59,755 bases of DNA from Patescibacteria group bacterium (GCA_038065755.1 JBBTQJ010000031.1:1-59755); one strand, 5' to 3'; counted from the stretch's first letter, positions 16,804 to 26,466 are shown. The notes: generated from the sequence alone by a model not told the origin. Numbers and translations are program-made.

Positions 16804-18152
16804 GAACAGAAAAAAATATCAGGAAAGAAATTTTAAATAAAGTTAAAGAGTTTTATAAATTCAGAAAAAAGGGGGAGGAAGTTTTTGTTGCCGGGAAAAG
16901 CCGAGTAAATTATGCCGGACGGGTTTACGATGAAAAAGAAATGATAAATTTGATTGATTCATCCTTGGATTTTTGGCTTACTTCAGGAAGATATGCCAAA
17001 CAGTTTGAAAAAGAATTTGCCGGGTTTCTGGGCGTAAAATACTGTCTCTTAACCAATTCCGGCTCTTCGGCTAATCTTTTGGCAGTTTCTGCTTTGACTT
17101 CGCCCTTGCTTGGAAAAAAGCAATTGAGGTCCGGCGACGAAGTTATTACCACTGCCTGCGGTTTTCCCACTACCTTAAATCCAATTCTACAAAATAATTT
17201 AGCTCCGGTTTTTGTTGATATTGAATTAGGAAGTTATAATATAGATGTTTCTAAAATAGAAAAAGCCATTTCTAAAAAAACAAAAGCCATTTTTATCGCC
17301 CACACCTTGGGGAATCCGGCTGATTTAGATAAAATTTTAAAAATAGCAAAAAAATATAATCTATGGCTAATTGAAGACGCGTGTGACGCATTGGGTTCAA
17401 AATATAATAATAAATATATCGGTTCTTTCGGAGATATAAGCACCTTTAGTTTTTTTCCGGCTCATCATATTACAATGGGCGAGGGCGGGGCTGTTTTAAC
17501 AAACAATCTATTGCTTAAAAAAATAGTCGCTTCTTTTCGCGACTGGGGCAGAGATTGCCGGTGTGAGCCCGGCAGTGACGATACTTGTAAAAAAAGATTT
17601 TTTTGGCAAATGGGAAAACTGCCAAAAGGGTATGACCATAAATATATTTATTCCCATATTGGCTATAATTTAAAAATCACCGATATGCAGGCGGCAATCG
17701 GGCTGGCTCAGCTTCAAAAATTACTCGGATTTATTGAAATGAGAAAAAATAATTTTAATGCAATTTATAAATTTTTTTCCGCCAAAGGTGGATCCGCTTC
17801 GGGCGGGAAAAAATACGAAAAATATTTTATTCTGCCAAAAACAGAAGAAAATTCAGAGCCGTCGTGGTTTGGCTTTTCGGTTTTAATAAAAGAAACAGCT
17901 CCATTTAAAAGAAGCGAAATTGTAAACTATCTTGAAGAAAACAAAATTAGCACCCGTATGCTTTTTGGCGGAAATCTGTTAAAACAGCCGGCTTATCAAA
18001 ATGTAAAACACAGGATTGTTGGAAACTTAAAAAATACAGATTTAGTTATGGAAAACCTTTTTTGGATTGGCGTGTATCCCGGCATAACAAAAGAAAAGTT
18101 AAATTATATGACAGCCGTTTTAGGCGATTTTTTAAAAAAATATGATAGATAA
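16800..18152 (+). CDS. rfbH: CDP-6-deoxy-L-threo-D-glycero-4-hexulose-3-dehydrase (E1, RfbH/DdhC type)
   Basis: 450 aa with a DegT-fold. His replaces the Schiff-base Lys: FFPAHHITMGEGG here versus FFPNKQITTGEGG in the aminotransferase at 38125. The spacing C-X57-C-X1-C-X7-C is exact (EDAC...DCRCEPGSDDTC). Confidence 0.85.
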   Translation: MRTEKNIRKEILNKVKEFYKFRKKGEEVFVAGKSRVNYAGRVYDEKEMINLIDSSLDFWLTSGRYAKQFEKEFAGFLGVKYCLLTNSGSSANLLAVSALTSPLLGKKQLRSGDEVITTACGFPTTLNPILQNNLAPVFVDIELGSYNIDVSKIEKAISKKTKAIFIAHTLGNPADLDKILKIAKKYNLWLIEDACDALGSKYNNKYIGSFGDISTFSFFPAHHITMGEGGAVLTNNLLLKKIVASFRDWGRDCRCEPGSDDTCKKRFFWQMGKLPKGYDHKYIYSHIGYNLKITDMQAAIGLAQLQKLLGFIEMRKNNFNAIYKFFSAKGGSASGGKKYEKYFILPKTEENSEPSWFGFSVLIKETAPFKRSEIVNYLEENKISTRMLFGGNLLKQPAYQNVKHRIVGNLKNTDLVMENLFWIGVYPGITKEKLNYMTAVLGDFLKKYDR

Positions 18153-19266
18153 AGAAAATAGTAAAATTTTATTGAGCGTCGCTATTTTAACTTACAACAG
18201 GGCCCAATGTTTGGAAAATCTTTTAGAAAGCGTTATGCCCCAGGCGGAAAAACTTAAAAAAGAAGTTGAAATATGCATTTCAAACAACAATTCACAAGAT
18301 AATACAGAAGAAGTTATAAATAGGTTTAAAGAAAAATACCCCGGACTTATAAATTACAATAAAAATAAAGAAAATTTGGGTTTTGACAGAAATTTTCTTT
18401 TAGCCGCAGAAATGTCAAAAGGGGATTTTGTGTGGACTTTTGGCGACGACGATTTAATGGCAGAAAACGCTTTAAACGAAATTATTGATTTTATTAAAAA
18501 AAATAGAAAAGAAGAAATAGGAATGATTTTTTCAAAAACAGAGTCTTATTTTATAAACAAAGGAACCGGGCAAAAAATAATCCATAGCGCAGGTGTGGAT
18601 AAAAATAAGCCGGAAATTTTTAAAATAGATAAAGAAGATATTATTTCAATGTCTTTTCCGGAGGTCTCTTTTATATCGTCATTAATTTTTAATAATAAAT
18701 TTCTTAAAGGGTTTTTTAAAGAAGACAGAGAAATAATTGAAAAAGCAGCCGGTAACCTTCATATTCATATGACATTAATAGTTTTAATGTTTTTAAAGTA
18801 TCCCAATATCAACGGTTTTTTTATGAATAAACGGCCATTAATCTGCCAGGAGATATATTTATACAAATCGCTTATTGAAAACAAATTTGCAGTGCATTAT
18901 AAAGAGCAAAAAGTATTAGACAGTTTTTTATTATCTTGCAAGTATATGAATGGCAGATACGATTATTTAATAATTAAAAGAGATAAAAAATTGAAGCAGG
19001 AATTTATTATAGATATGATAACAATGAGAGCTTTTAAAAGATTTGAGTATATTTCTTTTTTTGGCTGTTTAAAATTATTTTTCAAGAAAACAATATTTAT
19101 AGACGCTTTATTATTTTCTTTTATTTTTTTGATTCTTTTTTTAATTCCGCCGATAGTCTTGACCTCTTTGTATAAAATTTTATTAATAATCAAATACGGA
19201 AAAAAATGGAGATTTAAATGGAATATTGCAAGCTATATGTCTTCTTTCCCAGCTAAAGTTGTTTAA
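18142..19266 (+). CDS. family-2 glycosyltransferase with C-terminal membrane segments
   Basis: 374 aa with LSVAILTYNRAQCLENLL, FGDDD, and a hydrophobic C-terminus. Confidence 0.75.
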   Translation: MIDKENSKILLSVAILTYNRAQCLENLLESVMPQAEKLKKEVEICISNNNSQDNTEEVINRFKEKYPGLINYNKNKENLGFDRNFLLAAEMSKGDFVWTFGDDDLMAENALNEIIDFIKKNRKEEIGMIFSKTESYFINKGTGQKIIHSAGVDKNKPEIFKIDKEDIISMSFPEVSFISSLIFNNKFLKGFFKEDREIIEKAAGNLHIHMTLIVLMFLKYPNINGFFMNKRPLICQEIYLYKSLIENKFAVHYKEQKVLDSFLLSCKYMNGRYDYLIIKRDKKLKQEFIIDMITMRAFKRFEYISFFGCLKLFFKKTIFIDALLFSFIFLILFLIPPIVLTSLYKILLIIKYGKKWRFKWNIASYMSSFPAKVV

Positions 19267-19296
19267 TTTTAACAGGTAAAAGATAAAAGTATTAAC

Positions 19297-20742
19297 ATGT
19301 CTTCATATCAAAAATTTACAAAAAATGTTTTTATTATAGGGGCTACTTATGTTATGGGAGCTTTATCGGGAATGATTTTGTTGCCCGTAATTACAAAGAT
19401 TTTGGGGCCAAAAGACTATGGGGTGTGGGTTCAGCTTAAAGGAACAATTAATTTAATAATTCCCTTTATTCTTTTGGGCCTACCCTCTGCCATAGTGAGG
19501 TTTCTGGCTGTTGAAAAAGACAAAAAACAGATTCGGGAAGGAGTTTATTCTGTTTTGTTTCTGGTATTTTTTATTTCTTTAATCGTTTCCCTGTTTTTGG
19601 TATTTTTTGCAGGATCTGTTGCAAGTTTTTTTCAAACAAGCCCCCTTTTGGTTAAAATTCTTTCTTTGGTTATTATTTTAGAATGCTTGAACCTGGTGAT
19701 AACAGACGCATTAGTGGCATTTCAGGAGCTTAAAAAATATTCCTTGCTTTCTATTTTTCAAACAGTGGGAGAAATATTATTGATTATCGGATTTGTTTTT
19801 TTGGGATACGGGCTATTTGGGGCGGTTTTGTCGCTTGTGTTTATACGGCTGATTGTTTTTTCTATTTTGTTTATTTATATTTTCAGAAGAATAGGAATAA
19901 AAATTCCAAATTTTTTCCCAATTAAAAAATATCTTGCTTTTAGCTTGCCAACCTTGGGGGCAATTGTTTCTTATTGGGTGATTGCCTCTTCAGACAGGTA
20001 TTTAATCAACCTGTTTATGGGAGTAATTTTTGTAGGATATTACGCGCCAGCTTATGCTATAGGCAGTATTTTAAACTTTTTTATTTATCCTCTTACCTTT
20101 GCGCTAAGCGCGGTATTGCCTAAATTGTTTGATGAAAAGAGAATAGACGAAACAAAAAACTTTTTAAAATATTCCGTAAAATATTTTTTATTGATAACTA
20201 TTCCGGCGGCATTCGGCCTGTCTGTTTTATCTCGCCAGTTGCTTTCAATTTTTTCCACCAAAGAAATTGCCGATAATGCCTATTTTGTCACTCCGTTTAT
20301 AGCATTGAGCATTTTATTGTACGGGCTTTCTAATTTTTTCGGCAACAATTTGGTTCTTGCCAAAAAAACAAAAATTTTAGGATTCATATGGGCTGTAGCC
20401 GCAGCCATAAACCTTGTGTTAAATATTGTATTTATTCCTATGTTTGGAATTTTAGCAGCGGCTATTACCACTTTTTTAGCCTATCTTGTTTCTTTCCTTT
20501 TAATCCGCCACTTTGCCCTGAAAGAATTTAAATTTGAAATCGACCGGCAGTTTATCGTAAAAAGCGTTATTGCCTCAATTATTATGGTTTTGTTTATATT
20601 GTGGTTTGATCCTATAGGGTTTTCAAAAACCATGCAGGCCATTTTAATATCGGTTGTTATTTATGGAATTTTAATATTATTATTTAAAGGAATCAATAAA
20701 AAAGAAATTTATTTTTTTATTAATTCATCTAAAAAAATATGA
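19297..20742 (+). CDS. polysaccharide/oligosaccharide flippase (Wzx/MOP-type)
   Basis: 481 aa, multi-spanning and hydrophobic throughout. Its architecture is typical of Wzx-like proteins in glycan clusters. Confidence 0.7.
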   Translation: MSSYQKFTKNVFIIGATYVMGALSGMILLPVITKILGPKDYGVWVQLKGTINLIIPFILLGLPSAIVRFLAVEKDKKQIREGVYSVLFLVFFISLIVSLFLVFFAGSVASFFQTSPLLVKILSLVIILECLNLVITDALVAFQELKKYSLLSIFQTVGEILLIIGFVFLGYGLFGAVLSLVFIRLIVFSILFIYIFRRIGIKIPNFFPIKKYLAFSLPTLGAIVSYWVIASSDRYLINLFMGVIFVGYYAPAYAIGSILNFFIYPLTFALSAVLPKLFDEKRIDETKNFLKYSVKYFLLITIPAAFGLSVLSRQLLSIFSTKEIADNAYFVTPFIALSILLYGLSNFFGNNLVLAKKTKILGFIWAVAAAINLVLNIVFIPMFGILAAAITTFLAYLVSFLLIRHFALKEFKFEIDRQFIVKSVIASIIMVLFILWFDPIGFSKTMQAILISVVIYGILILLFKGINKKEIYFFINSSKKI

Positions 20743-20787
20743 ACCCCGTTAGAAATTACGGGGCAAAAAATAATATTTTTATTAATT

Positions 20788-22266
20788 ATGACTAAAACAA
20801 TAAATCAAAAACAAAAAATTTCTAACGGGGTGAAATGGCTAATTTTGGTGAGCGACGCGCCTTTTTTGACGGAATTTCTGGGAAAATTCGCTCAAGAGCT
20901 GGTAAAACAGGGGGAAGATTGCTTGGTGGTTTTCAACAGTAAAATAGCTGAATACAAAAGAAAGCAGTTTTTTCCCAAAGATGCAAAGTTTATTTCCAAA
21001 GTTGACTGGTGTGTTGAAAATTATAATCCAAACCAAAAAGAATTCAGCAATTTGTCTTGGAAAGAATTGTTTCCCATTTTTGACAGGTATAAGGCGCTGA
21101 ATTTCAGCTATGAAAACTCTTTTTCAATGCTTTCTCAGGCATTTCAATTTTTTGAATTTATTTTCAAGACTGAGGCCGTAGATGTCGCGGTTTCCGAGCC
21201 CCCGGCAGATTTCTTCCATTTGATTGCCCGAAATTTTTGCAAAAAAGGCAATATTCTATACTTGGGATTTGGCAGTTCCCGTTTTAAAAACAGAATAGAT
21301 GTTTATGACCAAGAATCAACTTGCTCAAATTACGAAAAAACTTTCAAAGAATTGAAAACCGCCGATTTGTCAAAAGAAGAAAAGGATTTTGCCAAAGATT
21401 TTACAAATAATTTTATAACCCACAAGCAATTGCCTTCATATATGAAATTTATCAAAACAGATTTCAGCCAGACTGAAATTGCCGGGCACTATATTAAAAA
21501 AGCCAAGGAATCTTATTCTCTTTTGCGTAAATATTCAAAAAACAGAAAGCGTTTTAAAGATTTTGACTACGAATCGGAAACCATATTCAAAAACAGCTTT
21601 TTTTCTCCTTTTAAAATGGAAAGAAGAAAGTTTAAAATCTTATCTGACAGAAAGTTTTTTGAAAGCTACAAAAAAAGCGAGAACTTTTTTCTTTTTCCTT
21701 TGCATTATCAATCCGAGGCCTCAACTTCTGTTTATGCCACTTATTACTGCGACCAATTAAATACCATAAATAATATTGCCTTTTCCCTTCCTTTCCCATA
21801 CAAACTATATGTAAAAGAGCATCCGGCGGCTGTTGGTATGAGACAAAAAGATTATTACAAAAAGCTAAAAGAAATCCCCAATGTAGTTTTAATTTCACCT
21901 TATGAAAATGTACAAGAAATTGTTAAAGATTCTTCGGGTGTTATCACTCTGACCAGCACAGTCGGACTGGAAGCTGCGCTGTCGGGCAAGCTGGTGTATG
22001 TTTTAGGAAATGTATTTTATTCGTACCACCCTATGTGCAGAACCCCGAAAAACTTTGAAGAATTAAAAACCCAATTGGAAAACGACACGGCAAAAAGCCA
22101 AAACGAGCACGAGCAGGACGTTGCTAACTTGGAAGAAATTAATATTCGTTTTATTATTTCGTATTTTAGAAATACAATAGAGGGCTCCATTGCCGCTTCA
22201 AGTTTCGGGGAGGATATAAATAACTATGGTTTAATTTATCAGGCTTTAAAAGAAATAAAAAAATGA
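20788..22266 (+). CDS. capsule-synthesis family (KpsS/KpsC-like) glycosyltransferase candidate
   Basis: 492 aa. PLHYQSEASTSVY...YKLYVKEHPAAVG resembles the Capsule_synth family core as I remember it. Confidence 0.5.
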   Translation: MTKTINQKQKISNGVKWLILVSDAPFLTEFLGKFAQELVKQGEDCLVVFNSKIAEYKRKQFFPKDAKFISKVDWCVENYNPNQKEFSNLSWKELFPIFDRYKALNFSYENSFSMLSQAFQFFEFIFKTEAVDVAVSEPPADFFHLIARNFCKKGNILYLGFGSSRFKNRIDVYDQESTCSNYEKTFKELKTADLSKEEKDFAKDFTNNFITHKQLPSYMKFIKTDFSQTEIAGHYIKKAKESYSLLRKYSKNRKRFKDFDYESETIFKNSFFSPFKMERRKFKILSDRKFFESYKKSENFFLFPLHYQSEASTSVYATYYCDQLNTINNIAFSLPFPYKLYVKEHPAAVGMRQKDYYKKLKEIPNVVLISPYENVQEIVKDSSGVITLTSTVGLEAALSGKLVYVLGNVFYSYHPMCRTPKNFEELKTQLENDTAKSQNEHEQDVANLEEINIRFIISYFRNTIEGSIAASSFGEDINNYGLIYQALKEIKK

Positions 22267-22559
22267 TTACATTAAAAAATTACATTGAATATCAAAAAGA
22301 AGCGGTGGTTAGCAAAGAAATTTTAAAAACAGAAAACGGAACAATAACTATTTTTGCTTTTGACGTCGGCCAGGGATTGAGCGAACACACAACCCCACTT
22401 AACGCTTTTGTTCAAATTATAGAAGGCCAAGCCGATATTGTCATAGACAAAGTTTTACACATTGTTGCAGAGGGGCAGGCAATTGAATTTCCGGCAAACA
22501 AACCCCATTCTTTAAAAGCAACAAAACCATTTAAAATGGTTTTAACAATGATAAAATAA
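22263..22559 (+). CDS. small cupin-domain protein
   Basis: 98 aa with GLSEHTTP...AIEFPANKPHSL (cupin motifs). It has an ATGA overlap with the upstream gene. Confidence 0.6.
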   Translation: MITLKNYIEYQKEAVVSKEILKTENGTITIFAFDVGQGLSEHTTPLNAFVQIIEGQADIVIDKVLHIVAEGQAIEFPANKPHSLKATKPFKMVLTMIK

Positions 22560-22562
22560 AAA

Positions 22563-22591
22563 TTGACTGACCGGGTTTAGTATGGATTATA
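22563..22591 (+). promoter_or_regulatory. possible sigma70-type promoter (TTGACT-N17-ATTATA)
   Basis: It sits in the 75-nt gap before the 22635 CDS. The hexamers and spacing are read directly. Confidence 0.35.
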
Positions 22592-22634
22592 GAAAAGCAA
22601 TTGATGTGTTAATTAAAATATTAAACATAAAATT

Positions 22635-23582
22635 ATGGTAATACAGGAAAATCAGAAAATTTGCCCGGTTTGCCTTGAAGGGAAAGAACTTGGCTTTATC
22701 AGAGACTATAAGCTGAAAGAAGGGGATTTTTCTTTATATCAATGCAAAAAATGCCAAGCGCAGTTTTATGATCCCTTTTTAAAGATTAAAGGAAAAAACT
22801 ACCAGGAAAAAAACAGCTATGAAATAAACGAGGCCATAAAGCCGAAAATTTTTCGCAAGTATCATAAAAAATTTTTAGAAAGGAATAAAAGCTTCAAACC
22901 AGGAGCCAATGTTTTGGATTTAGGATGTGGAACAGGGGAGTTTTTAAATGAGCTGAAAAAAAGAGGGTGCAATGTTTTTGGAGCCGATTTTGACCAAAAC
23001 GCTGTTTTTTATGCTAAAAAATATTTTAACTTAAAAAATGTTTATGCCGAGCCCTTTGAAGAATTTTTCAACAGAAAAAATTTGCCGAAATTTGATTTTA
23101 TTTTTATGTTTGAAGTTTTGCAGTATATAGACAATCCAAAAGATATTGCTGAAAAAATTAAACAGGCCATGGGGAATAAGGGAAAACTTGTTTTGTCTGC
23201 GCCTTCCAGAAAAAGGGCTCTGGCCAATATGGATATTTTTGACTATCCTTCGCGCTGTCTTACAAAATGGGACAAAGGATCTATTTTAAATTTGTTTTTA
23301 AAGCAAGGATTTAAAGCGTCTTATATTACATATGTGGAACAATTAAAAATTCTTATAGGGGCCATAAACAGCAAAGCAAGATTCGGATTGGTTTCAAAAG
23401 CGATAAATATGTCAAAAAAAAATAAATCGGGAAATTTTTTAAATATAAAGCTTGTTTATTTTTTAGGCCGGGCCAAAGGATTTATCATTGCTTTTATGCC
23501 AGCTGTTATTTTATGGATTTTCGGCAAGATAACCAAAAGAGAAAACGGCATTATATATGTAGAATTTGAAAAAAAGATATGA
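22635..23582 (+). CDS. class I SAM-dependent methyltransferase with N-terminal zinc ribbon and C-terminal membrane helix
   Basis: 315 aa with CPVC...CKKC, VLDLGCGTGEF, and a hydrophobic tail AFMPAVILWIFG. Confidence 0.75.
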   Translation: MVIQENQKICPVCLEGKELGFIRDYKLKEGDFSLYQCKKCQAQFYDPFLKIKGKNYQEKNSYEINEAIKPKIFRKYHKKFLERNKSFKPGANVLDLGCGTGEFLNELKKRGCNVFGADFDQNAVFYAKKYFNLKNVYAEPFEEFFNRKNLPKFDFIFMFEVLQYIDNPKDIAEKIKQAMGNKGKLVLSAPSRKRALANMDIFDYPSRCLTKWDKGSILNLFLKQGFKASYITYVEQLKILIGAINSKARFGLVSKAINMSKKNKSGNFLNIKLVYFLGRAKGFIIAFMPAVILWIFGKITKRENGIIYVEFEKKI

Positions 23583-24745
23583 AGAAAAAAATTATTTTTT
23601 TTATACCCACCCTAAACGAAGGCGGGGGGGAAAGGGTGGTGTCGGAATTGTCTTTAAATTTGCCTGATTCCGTTGAAAGAATTATTCTTTTGTTTAAGAA
23701 CGAAGTTTTTTATCCATATAAGGGAAAATTGATTTCTTTAAATATTCCGCTTTTTAATAATGTTTTTTTTCGCATTTATTATTTTTTTGTCGCTGTTTGG
23801 CGTTTTAAAAAAATAATAAAAAAAGAAAGTCCGGATTTGGTTATAAGCTTCGGGGCGCCGGCAAACATTATTAATGTTTTGTTTAATAAAAAAGCAATAC
23901 TGAGAATTGACACCTTTTTGTCTTCTTTGCCGAGCAAAACATATAAAATATTGGCTAAAATTTTATTTAAAAAAGCGTTAAATATAATCTGCGTCTCTAA
24001 GGTGTCGGCTAAAGATTTAGCTGAAAATTTTAACGTAAAAAAAGAAAAAATTAAAGTGATTTATAATTTGATAGACACTAAAAAAATTAAAGAGCTGTCT
24101 TTAGCGCCAATTAAAGCCGATTTTGAAAAAATTTTTAATAATCCGGCAATAATTACCATAGGAAGGCTGGCAAACGGAAAAAATCATTTAAGGCTGGTTA
24201 AAATTTTTAAGGAAATAAAAAAAGACATAAAAAACGCAAAATTGGTAATTTTAGGAACAGGAAAATTAGAGCCGGAAATTAAGAAAGCCATTAAAGATTT
24301 TGGGCTTAAAGAAGACATTCATCTTTTGGGCTGGCAGAAAAACCCGTTTAATTTTTTGGCAAAAGCTAAATTATTCGTTTTGCCCTCTTCCCGCGAGGGT
24401 TTGCCTTGCTCAATTTTAGAAGCAATGGCGTGCGGGCTTCCGGTTATATCAGCAGATTGCAAGGCGGGTCCAAGAGAAATTTTAGCTCCAGACACCAGCA
24501 TTGCAGAAGAAGCAGATAATATTGAATATGCAGAATTTGGCATTTTGACCCCGGTTTTTGAAAAAGAAAATAGCCAAGACGAAAATTATTTAACAAAGAA
24601 CGAAGAAATTTTTAAAAAAGCTATTACAGAGGTTTTAATTAATAAAAATTTATCTGATAATTTGAATAAAAAATCTTTGCAAAGAGCAAACGATTTTGAT
24701 ATTATAAAAATTATTAAAGAATGGTCTTTTTTGTATGATAAATAA
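23579..24745 (+). CDS. GT4-family (GT-B) glycosyltransferase
   Basis: 388 aa with IPTLNEGGGERVV and REGLPCSILEAMACGLPVIS. Confidence 0.85.
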   Translation: MKKKIIFFIPTLNEGGGERVVSELSLNLPDSVERIILLFKNEVFYPYKGKLISLNIPLFNNVFFRIYYFFVAVWRFKKIIKKESPDLVISFGAPANIINVLFNKKAILRIDTFLSSLPSKTYKILAKILFKKALNIICVSKVSAKDLAENFNVKKEKIKVIYNLIDTKKIKELSLAPIKADFEKIFNNPAIITIGRLANGKNHLRLVKIFKEIKKDIKNAKLVILGTGKLEPEIKKAIKDFGLKEDIHLLGWQKNPFNFLAKAKLFVLPSSREGLPCSILEAMACGLPVISADCKAGPREILAPDTSIAEEADNIEYAEFGILTPVFEKENSQDENYLTKNEEIFKKAITEVLINKNLSDNLNKKSLQRANDFDIIKIIKEWSFLYDK

Positions 24746-25499
24746 ATTAAAAAACATAATTAAAAATAATGAAAGTTTGTATGATTTGCATAAAAAGATA
24801 AGATTTTATAAAAATATCTCTTTGAGAGATATTTTTGATTTTGAAAAATTACGGCTGTTTTTAAGGGTTTACCCGTATACAATGGTTGGCTGGCAGAGAT
24901 TATCTAATGCATATGAGTTGGCAAAATTAATTGAAAAAGAAAAAACACAAGGGGCTTTTGTTGAGTGCGGGGTTTGGAAAGGAGGGTGCGCCGGCGTTAT
25001 GGCTTTTGTTGCAAAAAAAGAAGGGGCTGGGAGAAAAATATGGCTGTTTGATTCTTTTGAAGGCCTGCCAGAGCCAACAGAAGAAGATGGAAAAATGGCT
25101 CAAGATTATGCAGAAAACAAATCAAGCGGAAAATTGGAAACAATTAATAAATGCGTAGGGCTGTTAGACGAAGTTAAAAAAATATTATTTGAAATATTAA
25201 AAATAAATCAAGAAAATGTATTTATTGAAAAGGGGTGGTTCCAGGATACCTTACCTTTGGCAAAAAATAAAATTGGCAAAATTTCTATTTTGCGATTAGA
25301 TGGCGATTGGTATGAATCAACTAAATGCTGTTTAGAAAACTTATACGACAATGTTGTTGGCGGAGGATATATTATTATTGACGACTACAGTTATTGGGAG
25401 GGGGCGAAAAAAGCCTTAGATGAATTTTTTTTAAAAAGAAGCGCAAAACCCGATTTAATAAAAATAGACGAGGCCGGCATATACTTTAAAAAACCATGA
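24735..25499 (+). CDS. TylF/MycF-family sugar O-methyltransferase
   Basis: 254 aa with FVECGVWKGG and LRLDGDWYEST. Confidence 0.8.
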   Translation: MINKLKNIIKNNESLYDLHKKIRFYKNISLRDIFDFEKLRLFLRVYPYTMVGWQRLSNAYELAKLIEKEKTQGAFVECGVWKGGCAGVMAFVAKKEGAGRKIWLFDSFEGLPEPTEEDGKMAQDYAENKSSGKLETINKCVGLLDEVKKILFEILKINQENVFIEKGWFQDTLPLAKNKIGKISILRLDGDWYESTKCCLENLYDNVVGGGYIIIDDYSYWEGAKKALDEFFLKRSAKPDLIKIDEAGIYFKKP

Positions 25500-26335
25500 A
25501 AAAACAGATTAATTTTAATTTTTTTTTAAAAACTATTGCATATTTGAGGTATTTGCCTGCCATTGTTTTTAAAATAAAAAATTGGCAGGAATTTTTATTA
25601 AGCTATGCCGGGCTTAAAAAAGGGGGAGGGGTTTTTGAATTTAGAAATGGTTTGAAAATAAAAACCAATGACGCCGTAAGCTCGGCCACCATTGCCGTAA
25701 TTTTTATCAAAAAAGATTACGGAGAGGTAAGAGATAGTTCTTTAATAATTGATATAGGGGCAAATATAGGCGTTTATTCGCTGTTTGCCAGCCAATCAAA
25801 AAACACAATTGTTTATGCTTTAGAGCCAATGCCCGACAATTATAATTTGCTAAAAGAAAATATTGAATTAAACAAGTTAGAAAAAGTTGTTATTCCGTTT
25901 AACCTGGCGGTAGGGGCGAAAGAAGAAAAGAGAAAGCTTTTTTTAGGGGAGTCTCCGTTTCCTTCTTTTCTTCCCATAAGCAGTTCGCCGTTTAACGCTT
26001 CATACGGCGACCAGCAAAAAGAACAATCACAAAAATACATTGAAATAAACTGCATATCCCTAAAAGATGTTTTTGATAAAAATAACATAGAAAAATGCGA
26101 TATTTTAAAAATGGACTGCGAAGGCGCAGAATATGAAATTTTGTATAATTTGCCCGATGAATATTTCAAGAAAATAAAAGAAATCAGAATGGAATACCAC
26201 AACCATTTATCAAATGAAAAAAATAACGCAGAATATTTAATTAAGTTTTTAAAGCAAAAAGGATTTATAATAAAAAAATTTAAAAAATCCTCTAACCACC
26301 AAGGTGACCTCTGGCTGAAGCGACAGGAAATATAA
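25496..26335 (+). CDS. FkbM-family methyltransferase
   Basis: 279 aa with IIDIGANIGVYSL and LKMDCEGAEYEIL. Confidence 0.8.
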   Translation: MKKQINFNFFLKTIAYLRYLPAIVFKIKNWQEFLLSYAGLKKGGGVFEFRNGLKIKTNDAVSSATIAVIFIKKDYGEVRDSSLIIDIGANIGVYSLFASQSKNTIVYALEPMPDNYNLLKENIELNKLEKVVIPFNLAVGAKEEKRKLFLGESPFPSFLPISSSPFNASYGDQQKEQSQKYIEINCISLKDVFDKNNIEKCDILKMDCEGAEYEILYNLPDEYFKKIKEIRMEYHNHLSNEKNNAEYLIKFLKQKGFIIKKFKKSSNHQGDLWLKRQEI

Positions 26336-26356
26336 ATTTTTTTAAAAAAATTATAA

Positions 26357-26392
26357 AAAACAGCAGAAAAGATGCTGCTGTTTTATTTTTTT
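26357..26392 (+). terminator. rho-independent terminator
   Basis: The stem is AAAACAGCAG / CTGCTGTTTT with an 8-nt loop, followed by a T-rich run. It lies 22 nt after the stop at 26335. Confidence 0.75.
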
Positions 26393-26398
26393 ATAATC

Positions 26399-26427
26399 TT
26401 GATAAATGGCAAAATTAGTGATATGCT
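26399..26427 (+). promoter_or_regulatory. possible promoter (TTGATA-N17-TATGCT)
   Basis: It sits in the 131-nt gap after the terminator and before the 26467 CDS. Confidence 0.35.
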
Positions 26428-26466
26428 TAAAGAAATTATGAGAGGTTTTTCAGTATTTTTTAATTT

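Noticed and set aside
20744-20763. The hairpin CCCCGT-N8-ACGGGG after the flippase gene as an intrinsic terminator.
   Set aside because: It is followed by an A-run rather than a T-run on the plus strand, and the next gene starts 25 nt later. At most it is a weak pause or processing structure.
21479-21760. Same-strand alternative-frame ORFs inside larger genes. These are 21479-21760, 24931-25158, 36132-36350, 4550-4735, 56781-57011, 57504-57734, 58230-58487 and 58890-59078.
   Set aside because: Each is fully contained in a longer ORF with family motifs, and there is no independent signal. I treat them as frame noise.
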